Part shown: positions 23,456 to 36,396 of the stretch, piece after piece
Layout of the letters: every line of letters starts with the position of its first letter
Numbering within the stretch: the first letter of the stretch is position 1
NCBI GenBank assembly: GCA_008632985.1
Contig: QPGO01000019.1
Location: 682,001 to 746,000, forward strand
Direction of reading: 5' to 3'
DNA: 64,000 nucleotides
DNA from: Psammoneis japonica
Lineage: Eukaryota
Made by a program: the position numbers and the translations under genes
The notes under the pieces: generated by a model
The model's input: only the letters and a program-made list of their open reading frames with translations
Databases searched by the model: none
What the model was told of the DNA's origin: nothing

Positions 23456-26400
23456 ATGGACAGAAACCCTCTTCTCTGTCCCGGTTGTGGCCAAAGTTTT
23501 TTGCGAACAGCCTGCCATTGGAGACACTTGCTGACGTGTTGCTCAGTTGCCCAAGAGTTGCAAACCCAAGATCCAATCCCAGATCAAAGCGACATTCCTG
23601 CCACAACAGAGGGGCCACCCGAAGAAAGTGGCAGCTCTTCCTCTTCGTCCTCTGATGATGACGAATCCCATCCGAGGTGATCAACTTGCAGCAGATTCCC
23701 AAGATCTTCAATGAGTGATCCGAGCAGCAGCCCCTTGTTCCCCTCCCCGGATGATGCGCTGCACGGAATGGACGACATGTCCTCTGTTTCATCAAACCAC
23801 AGCATGCAAGGAGTTGAGCTTTTGGCAATGAACGATTTGGATGTTGGTGGTGGTCAATCCTTTGCTGCAGTGTTGGACGTGACAATGGAGGAGGAAGAGG
23901 ACATTGACGATGAGGATCAACGTTTGGGGATCAGGTGTGATGCTCCTGCAGAAGAGGCCTTGGCTTCTGCTCCCTCTTTGACAAATCTTGACGGAGCTTG
24001 CGCAGAGTTGTGCAAGAAGCTCATGGACACACGTGGTGCTCCCCTGGAATTGCACGACTGCATTGTTGATTTCATTGAGAGGCACACTGGCAACAGCAAC
24101 ATTGAGCTTGGCACAGTTCTGCCAAGGAGAAAAGAGTTGATGTGTGCCTCAACCAAGCATTTCCCTCTTCCACCCAGTGAGTCTGTTCCTGTCACTCTAG
24201 AAACCAAAAATTTCAAAACCGGTTTGCCAAAACGAGTGTCAGTGCCAAGATGGGATTTCACAAAGGTTTGGGAACAGTTTTTGCTTGATCCTCACCTGTG
24301 GTGCAGCAGAGAGAATGTGGCCAATCCAGACAATCCTTTTGGGAAGCACAAAGCGAAGGGACCAGATGACAAGTGCCTTTTGGCGGGTGAGTGGCTCAGG
24401 CGCAGTTACAAAGAACGGATGACTGACCCGGAGAAACAATTTCTCGAGTGCAATGTCATTTACCTTGACAAGACTGGCAGGACACAAGGGATGGGATCAC
24501 ACTGCGGAGAACCAGTGATCATGACCTCTGCGCATGTTGCCTTCAACAAATGGTCGGACAAGAGTGTCTGGAAACCAATTGGTCATCTCCCGGATTTGGA
24601 AAAGATGTCGTCATCTGCGGCAAAGAATCTCTCAAACAATCACAAGGCAGAGAAGGGACGCTCGTCAAGAGACTGCCACACTTGCTTGCATGTTGTTTTG
24701 GAGCCACTTTTGGAAGTCATGAGAAAAGGAGGCATGAAAACACATGTGCGACGAGGGGATGAGATGCAACACCTCCACATGATCCCACTGATCGCTCTCA
24801 TCACAGGAGATGCAAAAAGCGGCGACTGTCTCGTCAGACGATGCGGAGGTCACAACTGTCGTCAATGTTGCTGTCGTTTTTGCCCAACTGGCTTCAACAA
24901 ACTGGACGACCCACATGGATTGAATGCGAGTTCATCCGAGGACTGGATCTCCACCAAGTGCAAACTAAGGCCAATGACGACAACAGATCAGACCAAGAAA
25001 GGAAGCACTGGTTGGGCATCTTGCATTGACTCAAGCAACACAACGCACCCACCAACTGTCTTTTTGAGGCAGACTTTGGCGCACAACCATGCGGCGTTGC
25101 CCTTGCGACAGCAAGCGACATGATGCATCTCTTTGAAAACAGCACCTTGAAAAGGGCAATCAATTCATTTGTAGACAGCATGACACCTGTGGTCGCAAGT
25201 GAGGTGGACAGCACAGTGGAAAGGATTTTCAGCAATCACCGGTCAACTTGCAAAGCATCCTTTTTGTGAACAAACTTCAAAGGAGGAGCAACATCGCTTG
25301 CCTTCCTCAACTCTCACCACTGGGCTGGAATGACTTTTGTTTTCTACCTTCTCCTGTCAACCAGCGAGGGACGAAACGCATGTGAGTCATGCTTCCTTGA
25401 TGAGGACGCAGACGAACCCCATTGTTCCAGAGAATTGCAAGATGCCCAAAGTGAACTTTGAGAGTCACTGCCAACCTAGTGAGTGCTTGGACGACTCTGA
25501 CGATGAAAGGTCGGAGGAGTCCGAAGAGGGTGACTGGGATGAAAATGAGGATGAGAAAGAGGAGAGTGAGGCTGAGGATGGTGACGACAACCAAAAAAAG
25601 AAAACATGCAAGGGAAAAAGACTCAACTGCAGCATCCGGCAATTCATTCAATTGCTTGAGGACCTTCTTGTCTTCCACGCATGGTGCAGGCCAGGCGATC
25701 CACCCATCACAAGCGTGACTCCCAGTTCATCTGTTCAGAAAACAAACAAGAAAATCCGTCTCCTCATTGACGGGATGGTGCAATTCGTCCCGCAAACAGA
25801 AGGATGCGGGTGGAAGCTTCAAAAGCTTCATGAAACACTCCATCTCCCAGTGTTTCTTCATTGTTGCCGACATGCGATGAACTTTGATGCAGGCTTGGGG
25901 GAGTGTCTCTTGAAAGACTTTTTCAAGCTGCTGTCATCTGCCGCACAACAACGCAACCTCGACAGTTTTCTGAAGCAGGTCGTGTCGCGCATGGAGGACC
26001 AAATGAGGCTCAATGCCGCAATTTCAGCCAACAGTTGGATTTTGCCAACTGGGAAAAAGGAATCATCAAGAGTCAGGATGGACAATCACACACTGGGAGG
26101 AAGTGCGTTCACTCTCACCTACAACCGAGGGATCAGCGCTGTGACGTTTGAGTGGAACAGTGAGCATGCTCGTTGCCAAGTTCATCCTGTGTTGGCAAAC
26201 TTCATGTCGGAAAAGTGGGAGGATTGTGTTGGTGAAGACAGTGAAAACACACACCTGACTTGCAAGACAGAGTTTTACAATGCAAACGGGAGGGATGCAC
26301 CCCGATTTCAAAAGCAAAGGACCATGGTGTGACTTTGCCTGTGTGACCTTTGGCACACGAAAGGGCGATCAACAGTTTCCCTCCTGTTTGCCATGTTTCT

Positions 26401-26718
26401 TCAAACAGGAAGACACAGGATCAATTTTTGCAGTTGTCCATCCAACTGCTTGTCAAGCTGACCAGAGAACTGTGAGGCAACGGCATCAGCACGCAGACTT
26501 GGTCAGTCGCTGGCAGCTTGATCACAAATGAAACAACTGGCTTTCAACGCCTGAGAAGACTCAGCACTCACCTGAGTTACGTGTTGTCCCTGTCAAAGCA
26601 ATTGGGGACAATGTTTTGGTTTATGAAGAATGTCCAGGAGCAGCAGAAGCACAAGAAAAGGCCCCATTTGTTTGGGCTGCACAGGACAGAAGGAAGTGTT
26701 GGTCAGATTTGTTTCTAA
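23456..26718 (+). pseudogene. Plavaka-like transposase, mutated and frameshifted
   Basis: Motifs VIYLDKT, WKPIGHLP, RDCHTCL, ITGDAKSGD, MMHLFE, WKLQKLHE, NFDAGLGE and HPDFKSKGPWCDF. The family is assigned from recalled motif pattern, not from a search. Confidence 0.7.
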
Positions 26719-26745
26719 AATAGGATGCGCGCATCAATCTGTCAT

Positions 26746-27710
26746 TCACTCACAGTGTGTGCATTTTTGGAGCAATTGCTTCCTCATGGGTTCTATGCAG
26801 TGTCCACTCACACGGTCCATTTGGTCATCCTGCACCATGAAATGTTCCCTGGCAGCCACAATCGCCTGCTGAAAGTCGGCTCTGTGGTCAGGCTGGTTGA
26901 CAGCCACCAATTGTGCCTTGATTTGCAATGCCAACTGCAGGACCCTTTCTCTTGCCACGGCTTCTTCGTCCACAGCCCGGATCGCGGTCCATGTCCCTCC
27001 CCGCATTTGATCTGTGCCTGGCCTCAGATCATACAAAGCTTGCCACTGTCGCTGCAAGGCAACGTCTTTCCTTCTCAAATCGTTGCAGCCTTCAGGATGC
27101 GCAGCAGCTGAGATAGATGTTGCCTTCAAAGGAGTGGCACGGCATGGCGGTGGATGGATTTGTTGATGCTGTTAATCGCAGATTGCTCCCTCTCCACTGC
27201 TCTGTTGGCATCTGTGTCAGAATTTGCCCCGAGGCTTCTCAGAAGCAACGTTGAGTCACAGCTGTGCAGCATGTGCAGCCTCAATTCTGATTTTTGATGT
27301 CCCGCAACAGAGATTGGGAGCCCCAATTCTTTTGCGTCAAATGCGTCACCGTGAAGAAAGCATTGGAAACTCATTTCCGCTTTGCTGCAATTTTCCACTG
27401 CAACAACACAGTCGTTGTCTGAACAGTGTGTCTCGATTGATGACTTGATCAACTGTGCATGGATGTGCTTAAATTCGCGAGTGGTTGTTGCTGGATTTAA
27501 CAAAGCACTGTCAAGTGCGGTCGTTGCAGCCACAGCGGCACAACGGGCTTCTGCCATTGCTTCTGCCGATCTTGACACAGCAGCCTTTGCATCCTTTGCT
27601 CTCTGTTCCTCTGAACAATGAGCAGCATCAGCGTGAACAAAACCATCAACTGTCCCCATCATCCGGCGACGGAAATCCTCAGCAGTGGACAGACGGAGTT
27701 CATCTGACAT
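26746..27710 (-). pseudogene. Second accessory ORF relic (helical, Ala-rich) inside the TIR element
   Basis: Overlapping ORFs 27126-27710 and 26746-27129 with protein-like composition and few Tyr. Confidence 0.45.
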
Positions 27711-30700
27711 GGTTTTCTTCTAATGCTCTGATTGTTGTGGTCGTGGGTCTGCCATTGCATTCACCAGATTGGTCGTGCGTCAGTCACAAAATTCTGGTTT
27801 CTGTGGAAACACACCAGAGTGGTGTGTGGGAGAAGTTGCATGCGCACCTGGTGGGATTTGGAGTTTTACACACAAAAACCTGCCAGACGCATGTGTGACT
27901 TCTCCCAGAGAAATCCTGCATGAGATCATGCCGGGAAAGGGCAATGCGGAGTGTAGAATTGACAGAAGAAAATGTTGTGCAGAACAGCATCAGGAGAAAG
28001 GGTGCATGCACTGGAAAACAACATGGATTTCTACATGCGCGTTAAGGCACGTGAAGAACACGTGGGTGCCTTCAAGTGACGCATGCAAACAATCACAAAG
28101 AAACATTCGGAAATGGGGACAGCACAGAGAGAAGTCAGAAGTGTGGATCCAAAACAAAGTGACACACGATGAAGGCAACGGCAACGGGATCGATGAAAAA
28201 GAAGGATTCGGACGGAAAGACGCCGGAGACGGTGAAAACAGGCGGCGCCAAGACAAAGAAGGAAGAGAAAAACAGGACGGGAAAAATGAAGAACGAGAAA
28301 AAGAAGCAGACGACACGACGTCAAGAGGGGAGCAGCGACACGACTCTGCGTTTCGAGGGACCTCTTCCTCTCGATGAAGAAATGCAGTGTGGCTTTTTTG
28401 GAACGGTGACAAGGAAACATCCAACGCGGCAGCGGCACACACATTTGAAATTCTTGCAAGAGAGCGGACAAGACATGTGGAATGAAGAGGACGATGTGGA
28501 CGAACAGGCCAATTGGAGCACAGTTGTTGACCAAATAATTGGTGCACACTTTACATGATGAAAATTTCATTGCATGTGATTGCAATGTTTGGCTTGTCGT
28601 TAAAGATCGTTGGCAGTTGTGAAAAAGGCTGAGCACAAAAGTTGAAAAGCATCTATGTTCAAACATGAAGAACAGCAGGAGATTGGCAATTGACTGAACA
28701 ACAAAAACCATCATGTGTGGACAAGTAGATTTTGTGATGTGGCAACACATTTTTGTCATGTGTGCAGACATTACGACATCGTGCACTCTGATGAGATGAT
28801 GCTGCAAGGGTTCATCCCATGGCCTTTACATTGGTCAGGGGTGCAGCTCACTTGCTGCAGTTGCCCTTGAATGGCAGAACCTCATGCTTGGTTCCTTGTC
28901 CCGCTTTCTTTTCTTGGGTTGGGCCCAGAGCTTGATTTCTTTCATTTTGGGGTGTGCATCCTCTCTGCCCTTCCACCTGGCATTCCAACCACATTTCCCA
29001 ATGTGTCTGGTCTGCCAATGTCTTTGTCACTCCCCTCCACTGTGGCATTGGCTCTGAGTCAAGTTCTGGTTCCTGTGCATCTCATTTCATCTGCATCACA
29101 TCCTTCTGATTCTTCTGCACTGTTGCCCCTGCTGCCCCCACAACTGGCATCAACCAACAAGTGGCAACCGGTCCAAGTCTGTGCCTGAATCTTCCACAGC
29201 AGCTGCCCCCCCCCCCCAAGACTCAAGACTTGTGCCTTTGTTCCCAAAGCAGTGCCCAGAAAATGAAGAGGACTTGAGAATGTTGGCATGGTTTGTGAGA
29301 AACCCAAAGACACTCACTTGAAGAGTGCCTCAAAATTGTGCAATCTGGGGAAGGCAAGTCTTGAGCAATGATGGAGTGCCCTTTGTCACATGCTCACTTT
29401 GCATTGCCAGGTCTTGATGTTGGTTGGGCTTCCATTTGCATTGGCAGGAGGCACTGTTGCTGCATGATGGCTCACTGAAAAATGGAAAAGTCCATTGCCT
29501 CTTTCCATTGCACACTGGCACTGCCCTTGGTTTTGAAGCACACTTGCCCAACAGAAACCACAGCAATGATTGTCTCCATGTTGTCAATGTTGGTCATCCT
29601 GTTCTTCATCATTTGGATTTCAAGGCTCTTTCCAAGAAAGCTGGCAAAACACCCACCAACAATGTGGTTGAGTTGGGTGGCATGTGTTTGGCATTTTGGT
29701 GGCATTTTTTGTCTTGCTCACAGTGGTTCATCCACATTCTTGTTTTGTCTTGTGGGGGCTGTTGTTCAATTGACCTTCAGCATTGGCTGGCATGCAGCCC
29801 TTGTTGTGCAGAAGGTTTCCAAACTTTGTGCAGACATTTGACTGCAATGGTGGTTTGGCAAGAACACCCAAACAAAATCATTTCAGCATCCAAAGTGCTC
29901 ACAAAATGACAGATTTGTTCCTTTGCCGGGTCTGAATGTCATGACTGGTGTGCAGCAATGACTGGCATTGATTTGCTTTTGTTCTCCAAAACCAGCAATC
30001 TGGTTAGATGGAGTTGGTGCAGCAGTTTTTTGTCATTGTGGCACTGTGCTAATTTCCCTTGATCTTGCACAAGCTGTGTGGGTGTTTGCAAAAAAAAAAA
30101 AAACAACGGGCTTCACCATGTGTCAAAAGAAAGACAGCAACAACAAACACTGAGACTTGTTCATCGCAGTGAGAAAAACTTTGTCAGAGTTGCAGAGATG
30201 GAGACTTTTTGTGTGGTTTTGACACAAAACAGATGACAACACAGCTGATGATGCACACATTGCACAGTGCACTTGTGTGTGTTCATGCCAAATGAGAGCC
30301 AAGAAATGACACAGCATTTGCCCTCATTTCTTTTCACTGCACTTGTCAATGATGAAGCAGAGAGAGGTTGAATTGTTCCATTCCCAGGTGATGCACAAAA
30401 CAACACTTCCTTTTGAGCACAATTTGCACAACAAGCTCTGTGTGTTCAGTCTGTTTGTCAAACACACTTGCACACTCTGCCTTTTGCATTTGATGAGAGT
30501 GTGAACATTTAAACATTTTTTTTCATTGGCGCTCAAATCTTCGTGGGGTGTTTCTGCAGAAACAACGCCAACTCTGTGCCAGCACTCACATTGTGGAGAC
30601 TTTTGTGCAAGCACACTGCTGCCACAAAATGCACACAGAAATGTTTTGTGTCAACCTCCAAACAGCAATGGCACATGAATCTTTTGTTGGTGTTTGTCAC

Positions 30701-32925
30701 AAAGAAAAAACATTGATTGTGCAAAACAATGACATTCTTGCAACCCTGACACAAGTCTTGTCAGTGTTGCAAAACATTGAAATTTGGGTGAATCTGCACT
30801 TTCAGTGGTTCTGAGCAGCTTGCCCCCAGCAAACAAATCTGATGCACTGTGGTGCAACACACAACCAATGGGTGAACATGTTGCAAGGCCACAGCTTGTG
30901 CCAGGGCCAAGGACACTGATGGAGGAGGAGAATGGCAAAAGTTCTGATGGTGAGAGGGGCACCCTTGTGCCTTGTGTTTTGCTTTGTTGAAGCTGGGCTT
31001 GCTGCGGTGAGATGCAAGGACCCCCAGCAATGAAGTGTGGGCATGTTGGCAAACCAAAAGGCAGGGATGCTGCAAATTGCTTTTGGCTTTTGGACATCAT
31101 TTTTTTGCAACAGCTTGCAGACAAGAAACGGCATTCCTGCACCCTCATTCCAGCAGATGAGAGTGAGAAAAAATTGAGTGCAATGTGAGCACATTGAAAT
31201 GTTCTGAGGAGGCGCCGAGCTGCAGTGATTTCAAGAATGAGAGCACACACAGCTGCAAATGACAGCCAAGGACAGACTGGGATGCTTCATTGGAATGATG
31301 CCAAAATGCCACCCAGAAACAGCAGCAGCAGGCACTGCACTTGGGGGTGCAGAAAACTGTGCTTTCTTCAAAAGGAATTCAATGATGCCATTGCTGCTCA
31401 TCTGAACGATGACATGGCAAAATCACTTGCACCGTGCACACCACTTGCAACCACCCAAGTTTGCAAGTTTGCGTGCAAGGCATGTGTGAGCACAAGCTCG
31501 CTCACAAATTCTTGATTGAAGACAGTGGGGAGGCCAAGAGAATGGACCAAGAGTGCATTGAATGCATTGCCAAGCTTGTGAAGGCTCGTCACAGCACAAA
31601 ATCTCAGCACCAAATCCATGCAGAAATCATGCAGAAAAATGCGGCCAATTTTTCATCACTCCCCAATGAAGAAAAGGTGAAAGCGGTGTTCATGTTCAAA
31701 ATTGGATGTTCACAAAGGTGAAACCACGATGAACTCAACTGTCTGTGGACCCTCCTTGTCTAGAAACAGCCAGAAAAGCTCAAATTTGAACTTCTGGATG
31801 GCCCCAAAACTCAAAAATGGCATTTCTGGACATTTCTGGACAAAGATCTGCAGAAAGATAAAAAAACATTGTGATTTAGTTGGTGAAATGTGCTCAGATT
31901 TTGGAGCTGCTGACCATTTTTGAACCCCAAACAAGACATGGCAGTTGAAGCAGTTTTGCGAGCAACACAGAGCATCTGGACTTTGGTTGCACAACTGCAC
32001 ATTTGCTCAAATGAAAAGCGGGTGCTCGTGGGGTTCCTGCACCTCAACAGCTGTTGTTTGCGTGACTGTCTGTCTCACTTCAACTTCAGTTGAACAAAAA
32101 CTGTTGGTGAGTTTCGCTTGCCTTGTGCACTTTGTTTTGTGTCAAGATGCTGCAGTTCACCAAGCCCCCTTTTTTAGAATTGCTGGGGCACTGCATTGAC
32201 AATTTGCAAGAGTGTCAAAATTGTTTGGGGCACTTTTCAAGAAGCAGCCAGAGGAAAAAGTTGGAAATGCCCAGATCAACCACGGCTCTCATGCAAAGCA
32301 AACCACACAGCTCTCATCCTTTTTTGTCAGGCCAATGTGTCCTGGATGACTGGGCCAGCTGTGCCATGTGTTGCCCACCCCCTCCAAGAATGGCTGATGT
32401 TTTGTCAATGGCAGCTCTCCATCCCGCACAACAAGCAAGCACTTGCACCATCAGCACGTGCAGCAAGCTGGCTTTTTTTGTTGGTGCTCTGCCAATCTGT
32501 GCTGCTTTTTGGTGCAGGAAAAGAAAGTTGCCAGCACCATGCAAACACGACCCCCTGGAGGGAGTCCCAGAGGGGGGGGGGTGGCGCAGCATGCAGGAGA
32601 TTGCTCCAACTCTCTGTTGTTGCTGGCAACAGCTTCTCATGCAGCGGCACTGTGTGCTGCAAGAGCAGCTGGACACCATGATCTGCCCATTGTCTTTTGA
32701 GTCACTGTTCCATGAGAGTCTCAAGCAGAATCATTGCATCAACTTGAGACCATGCTCTGCACCTCAAATCTCACTGTGTTGCCAGATGACGCTCGGGGTT
32801 GGACCGCACACAACGACGAAGCTCTCGAGAGTCCTGGAGAGTCTTCAGCAGCCAAACAATTCAAAAATGACACAATCCCAAAGAGCTTGCTTTCGGGGCA
32901 TGTGAATGTACATGGCAACCTCTGT

Positions 32926-33005
32926 GGGCCCTCTCTCTAGAGAGAGAGAGCCACTAGCTAGCTAGAGAGCAGCTCTGCTAGCTACTGCTAGACTAGCTAG
33001 AGAGC
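32926..33005. repeat. CTAG/GAGA-rich palindromic low-complexity patch at the right edge of block A
   Basis: Palindrome ctctctctagagagag (32931-32946) followed by repeated ctag/gctagc. Confidence 0.8.
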
Positions 33006-33478
33006 TGATGACAGCACAGAGCAGGGCTCGCGATTTTGCGAAGGTCGGAAGTGGAAAAGAACCCGGAAACCTGGATTAGATAGGTGTAAAAGGAATGTGG
33101 AATTAAAATATGAATGACATGTTCCTTTTTTCAACACTTTCTGCGAAGTGAAATCTGAAAATGTAGCAATCAAGATTCCGCCATTTTTCGTGTCGTTGCG
33201 ATCCTCTCGTGTCAACGCCACGCATCACTTACCGGTATCACTTCCAAGCAGAGCAAAATCACAGGCACATCAGGACAACAAACAAACAACACCTGCCGTA
33301 TTTATTATAAGCTACTTTTGAGTGGAAAGAATAATTTCAATCTGCGGTTAGAGAGTGCGAGACGCTGGAGACAGCCGCTGATAAGAGTCTGTTTTATCAC
33401 ACAAGCGCACGAAAAAATTCAGGCGCGAGCAGGCGGCTGCACAGTGGAGGTTAACTACTTTTGTATCAGACTTATACA

Positions 33479-34085
33479 ATGTGGAATCAATCAGCAATAC
33501 AATCGGTTCTTATATGCATAGTACTTTGCTTCTGTGGTACTATAACAGATGGCTTGCTGTGTCAGAAATCTTCGGTAGCATTTCGACCATACACAACACA
33601 ACATCGACAACAAACGGCATTAAGCATGGTGGCAAAAAGCGGTGGAAAAATCATTGCGACAAGCGAAGACTTTACAGAATTGGTGTTATCGACAGAACTT
33701 TCCCGTCCCGTCATGGTTTTCTTTTCGGCACCATGGTGCGTGAAAAAACAAAATTGAAAATGAATGAAAACCATAAGCTGTGCTCACCTTTTGTTGTTGT
33801 TTTTCTCATTTTAGGTGCGGACCCTGCCGACTGAGCGTTCCAGTGATTCGAGAGATTATGAAACAATTTTCAGGTCAAATCGATGTAGTCGAGGTATGCA
33901 CAGATGACTTGCCCGATATAGCGGCGGAAGCCGGTGTGGTGAGTATTCCCACTATCCAAATGTATTATAGAACCGAGCTGCTGGATACCATTGTGGGTTG
34001 TGTGGCAAGAAACGTACTAGCCAGTGCGGTTGAAAAAGTGCTGGAAGATACATTGGGAACTACACCCAATGGGAGTTCACCGTGA
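33479..34085 (+). CDS. Thioredoxin, probably plastid-targeted, 2 exons
   Basis: Intron 33736-33814 splits the Trp codon and restores WCGPC. Also VVSIPTI and an N-terminal signal/transit-like extension. Confidence 0.92.
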
Positions 34086-34262
34086 AACGAAAAATCTAAA
34101 ATGCATAAAACACAGTAAAACGCAAACTACAGACATAAATTCAAGGTGTATGCATGACGTGTTGCGATCCTTTCCTTCGTCGTCTCTCCATGCCCTTGGC
34201 AATGATAAAACTAACAATACCATACAGAGTGTATGCCGTGTATGGGTCTCTTTGTAGTCACT

Positions 34263-36011
34263 CTACTGCTGGACTTGATCTCTCCACGCCCTTGGCACCA
34301 ACATTTCGGGCAATCCAATCCAGTGTCGAAAGACACCCGTGGAAAACATGTCGCTCTGGTATGGCTTGTCCATCAGGGATATCGCAGAGTGTGGCACCTG
34401 CTTCACCGTTACTGGTTGATCGGACGATGACAACTCCTCGACAAGTACCGTGTACAGGTATCCAAACTCGTCATGTTCGATTCTATCTTGGACACTGCAC
34501 AAGTGCAATTTCTTACCAAATTCGCCGTTTGGTTGAGAGAGTGGAACGCCGTCTGGTCCGGTCTCGACATGACACAATGTCGCAATGCCCTCGGGATAGT
34601 CATTTTCCTCCCTTTCCACTCTTGTTTTATAGGGCTCGGTCTTGTAGGAGTCTTGCAAGTCCACGGCCTTGGTTGGCAATTTCGTTGCGTCTTCTTGTTG
34701 AGATTTGTACTCGTCCACATGAGCATTCCATGCCTCGGTCCATTCCGAGCCATAATCTAGAAAGACTTCCTCGCCAGGCTCAATATCGCGCGTCGCCACC
34801 ACTTCCATGACGATTCCCACACGCTTGTGCTTGAATAGAACGTTTGGAGCCGTGCTTAGCCAATTAAACGAATCATCCTTGAGTTTCAACACCTTGGACC
34901 ACTGCAATCGAGCATTGGCTTGTTTACCGGGTTTATGATTGATAAGCGACACCATGGAACCCACTGGAAACAAGAGCATGTTAGATTCGGCGTGACCAAA
35001 ACAATAATTGACAAGCAGCTGTTGCTGCTTATTTTCCAACAACAATTCCGATTTTGGAAGGTGCAACATGGGTGCCGGTGCAATCATTTCATTTCGAGCA
35101 ACGGCACGGGTCACAAAGGCACCCCGTCCCGCTTGTGGGATTGTGGATGGTTTCGAAACCAAATTATCCATGCATCGACCGTGCTTCTTGAACCACTTGG
35201 TCGTCTTGGCGAGGTTTGGATTGCGATAGACAAAGGTCCCTCCCATATCTCGGACGGCTTGGAGTTTGCCAGACTGAGCGGGGAGAATGGACTTTAATTC
35301 TTCAGTCCGTTCTCCTCCCGCTGTTTCCAGGACATTGTCCATGATGAAATCCATAACGTTGGCTTTCTTTTCAGGTGTCATGGCCTCGTCGTGTTTTTCC
35401 ATAAAGCGGAGAATCCTATCCATGAGCTCGTCGGCATCCTTATAATCATCAAGACTGTGTTTGGGTTGTTGGATGGGTTTTGCTACATTGTCATTGTCGT
35501 CCATACCATAATTGATGAATAGCTCCATACCTGCTTGTATCGGCTTTGTACTGTACAGGGTAAAGTTGTTGTATTCCGATACCGCACCTCGGGCTGGGTG
35601 CGCTTGACCGGTTTCAAACAGTAATGCTTCTCGTGACGATGATGATTCCATGCTGCTCCAATCGACATTGACCATGGACGGAAGAGTCGTTGTTGCTAAA
35701 CTACCCAGTCCCGGTATCAACATGTATTTGCTGTCCTTGCCGTCCCACGCATTCCCAATGATATAATTGGAGGGCCACAGAAAATCCTCCAAGACGGAAA
35801 ACAATTGTTCTGAATGTTTTTCAACATCTACCAGAGGAATTCCCGTTTCAGCGGGACCCACCATTTCATTTTCATCATAGGCAACACCCGCAAAAACACC
35901 CAACAGTGGTTTTTGATCCGTAGACGTTGTCGACGGTGCCAACCAGAGACTGCATTCTTGCGCATTGGCGAGGGCTGCAGAAATTGCGATCGCAAAAAAT
36001 GACTTGTTCAT
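34263..36011 (-). CDS. Signal-peptide-bearing tandem SET-domain protein (putative secretory-pathway methyltransferase)
   Basis: Signal peptide MNKSFFAIAISAALANA. SET motifs AGMELFINYG, GRGAF, LINH and PGEEVFLDYG. Confidence 0.85.
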   Translation of the reverse strand: MNKSFFAIAISAALANAQECSLWLAPSTTSTDQKPLLGVFAGVAYDENEMVGPAETGIPLVDVEKHSEQLFSVLEDFLWPSNYIIGNAWDGKDSKYMLIPGLGSLATTTLPSMVNVDWSSMESSSSREALLFETGQAHPARGAVSEYNNFTLYSTKPIQAGMELFINYGMDDNDNVAKPIQQPKHSLDDYKDADELMDRILRFMEKHDEAMTPEKKANVMDFIMDNVLETAGGERTEELKSILPAQSGKLQAVRDMGGTFVYRNPNLAKTTKWFKKHGRCMDNLVSKPSTIPQAGRGAFVTRAVARNEMIAPAPMLHLPKSELLLENKQQQLLVNYCFGHAESNMLLFPVGSMVSLINHKPGKQANARLQWSKVLKLKDDSFNWLSTAPNVLFKHKRVGIVMEVVATRDIEPGEEVFLDYGSEWTEAWNAHVDEYKSQQEDATKLPTKAVDLQDSYKTEPYKTRVEREENDYPEGIATLCHVETGPDGVPLSQPNGEFGKKLHLCSVQDRIEHDEFGYLYTVLVEELSSSDQPVTVKQVPHSAISLMDKPYQSDMFSTGVFRHWIGLPEMLVPRAWRDQVQQ

Positions 36012-36396
36012 TTTTCTTTATAGCCTCTCTGTGTAAAACGGCGTACGTGCTATTCGTAAGTCAATGGCGGGTACTGTACAATCGTTTCTTGTGCTATTGT
36101 AACGCCAGACTCCGCTCTAATAAAACAACGGTGCGCGACGGTCGGTAGGCTTCGTCTTTGTCTCGATCTATCGCCTCTCGCCAGATTTTTGTCAACGGAA
36201 GATCGGCTTTTGAACAGTTTAGGCTATCGTGCTTTATAAGGATTTTTCTCCCTAAAAAATTCAGATTCCACATTCCATCCGCTGTTGTTTGTGCGGCGGC
36301 TGACGCGGCGCGGAACCCCGTAGAATCCTACGACGTTTCAGTACCAATCGCGGTGATTTGGAGTTCAACTTGCGTCACTTTTTTGAAACGGCCACC

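Larger units (their letters stand above)
21440..28790. mobile_element. About 7.35-kb DNA transposon with Plavaka/CMC-like transposase, 12-bp TIRs and probable AT target duplication
   Basis: CAGAGTGCACGA at 21440-21451 and its reverse complement at 28779-28790, each flanked by AT. The TIRs enclose a transposase relic and accessory ORFs. Confidence 0.7.
15700..32900. other. TpA-depleted nested transposon block A
   Basis: No TA found by eye in 15841-16350 or 28830-30003. The block contains Copia, tyrosine-recombinase and Plavaka-like relics. Confidence 0.9.

Noticed and set aside
15675..32940. Dense overlapping Cys/His/Gln-rich ORFs in all six frames (also 38-40k, 53-56k, 61.7-63k)
   Set aside because: Expected artefact of TpA loss: TAA/TAG stops and Tyr codons vanish while TG/CA codons rise. 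These are not real genes.
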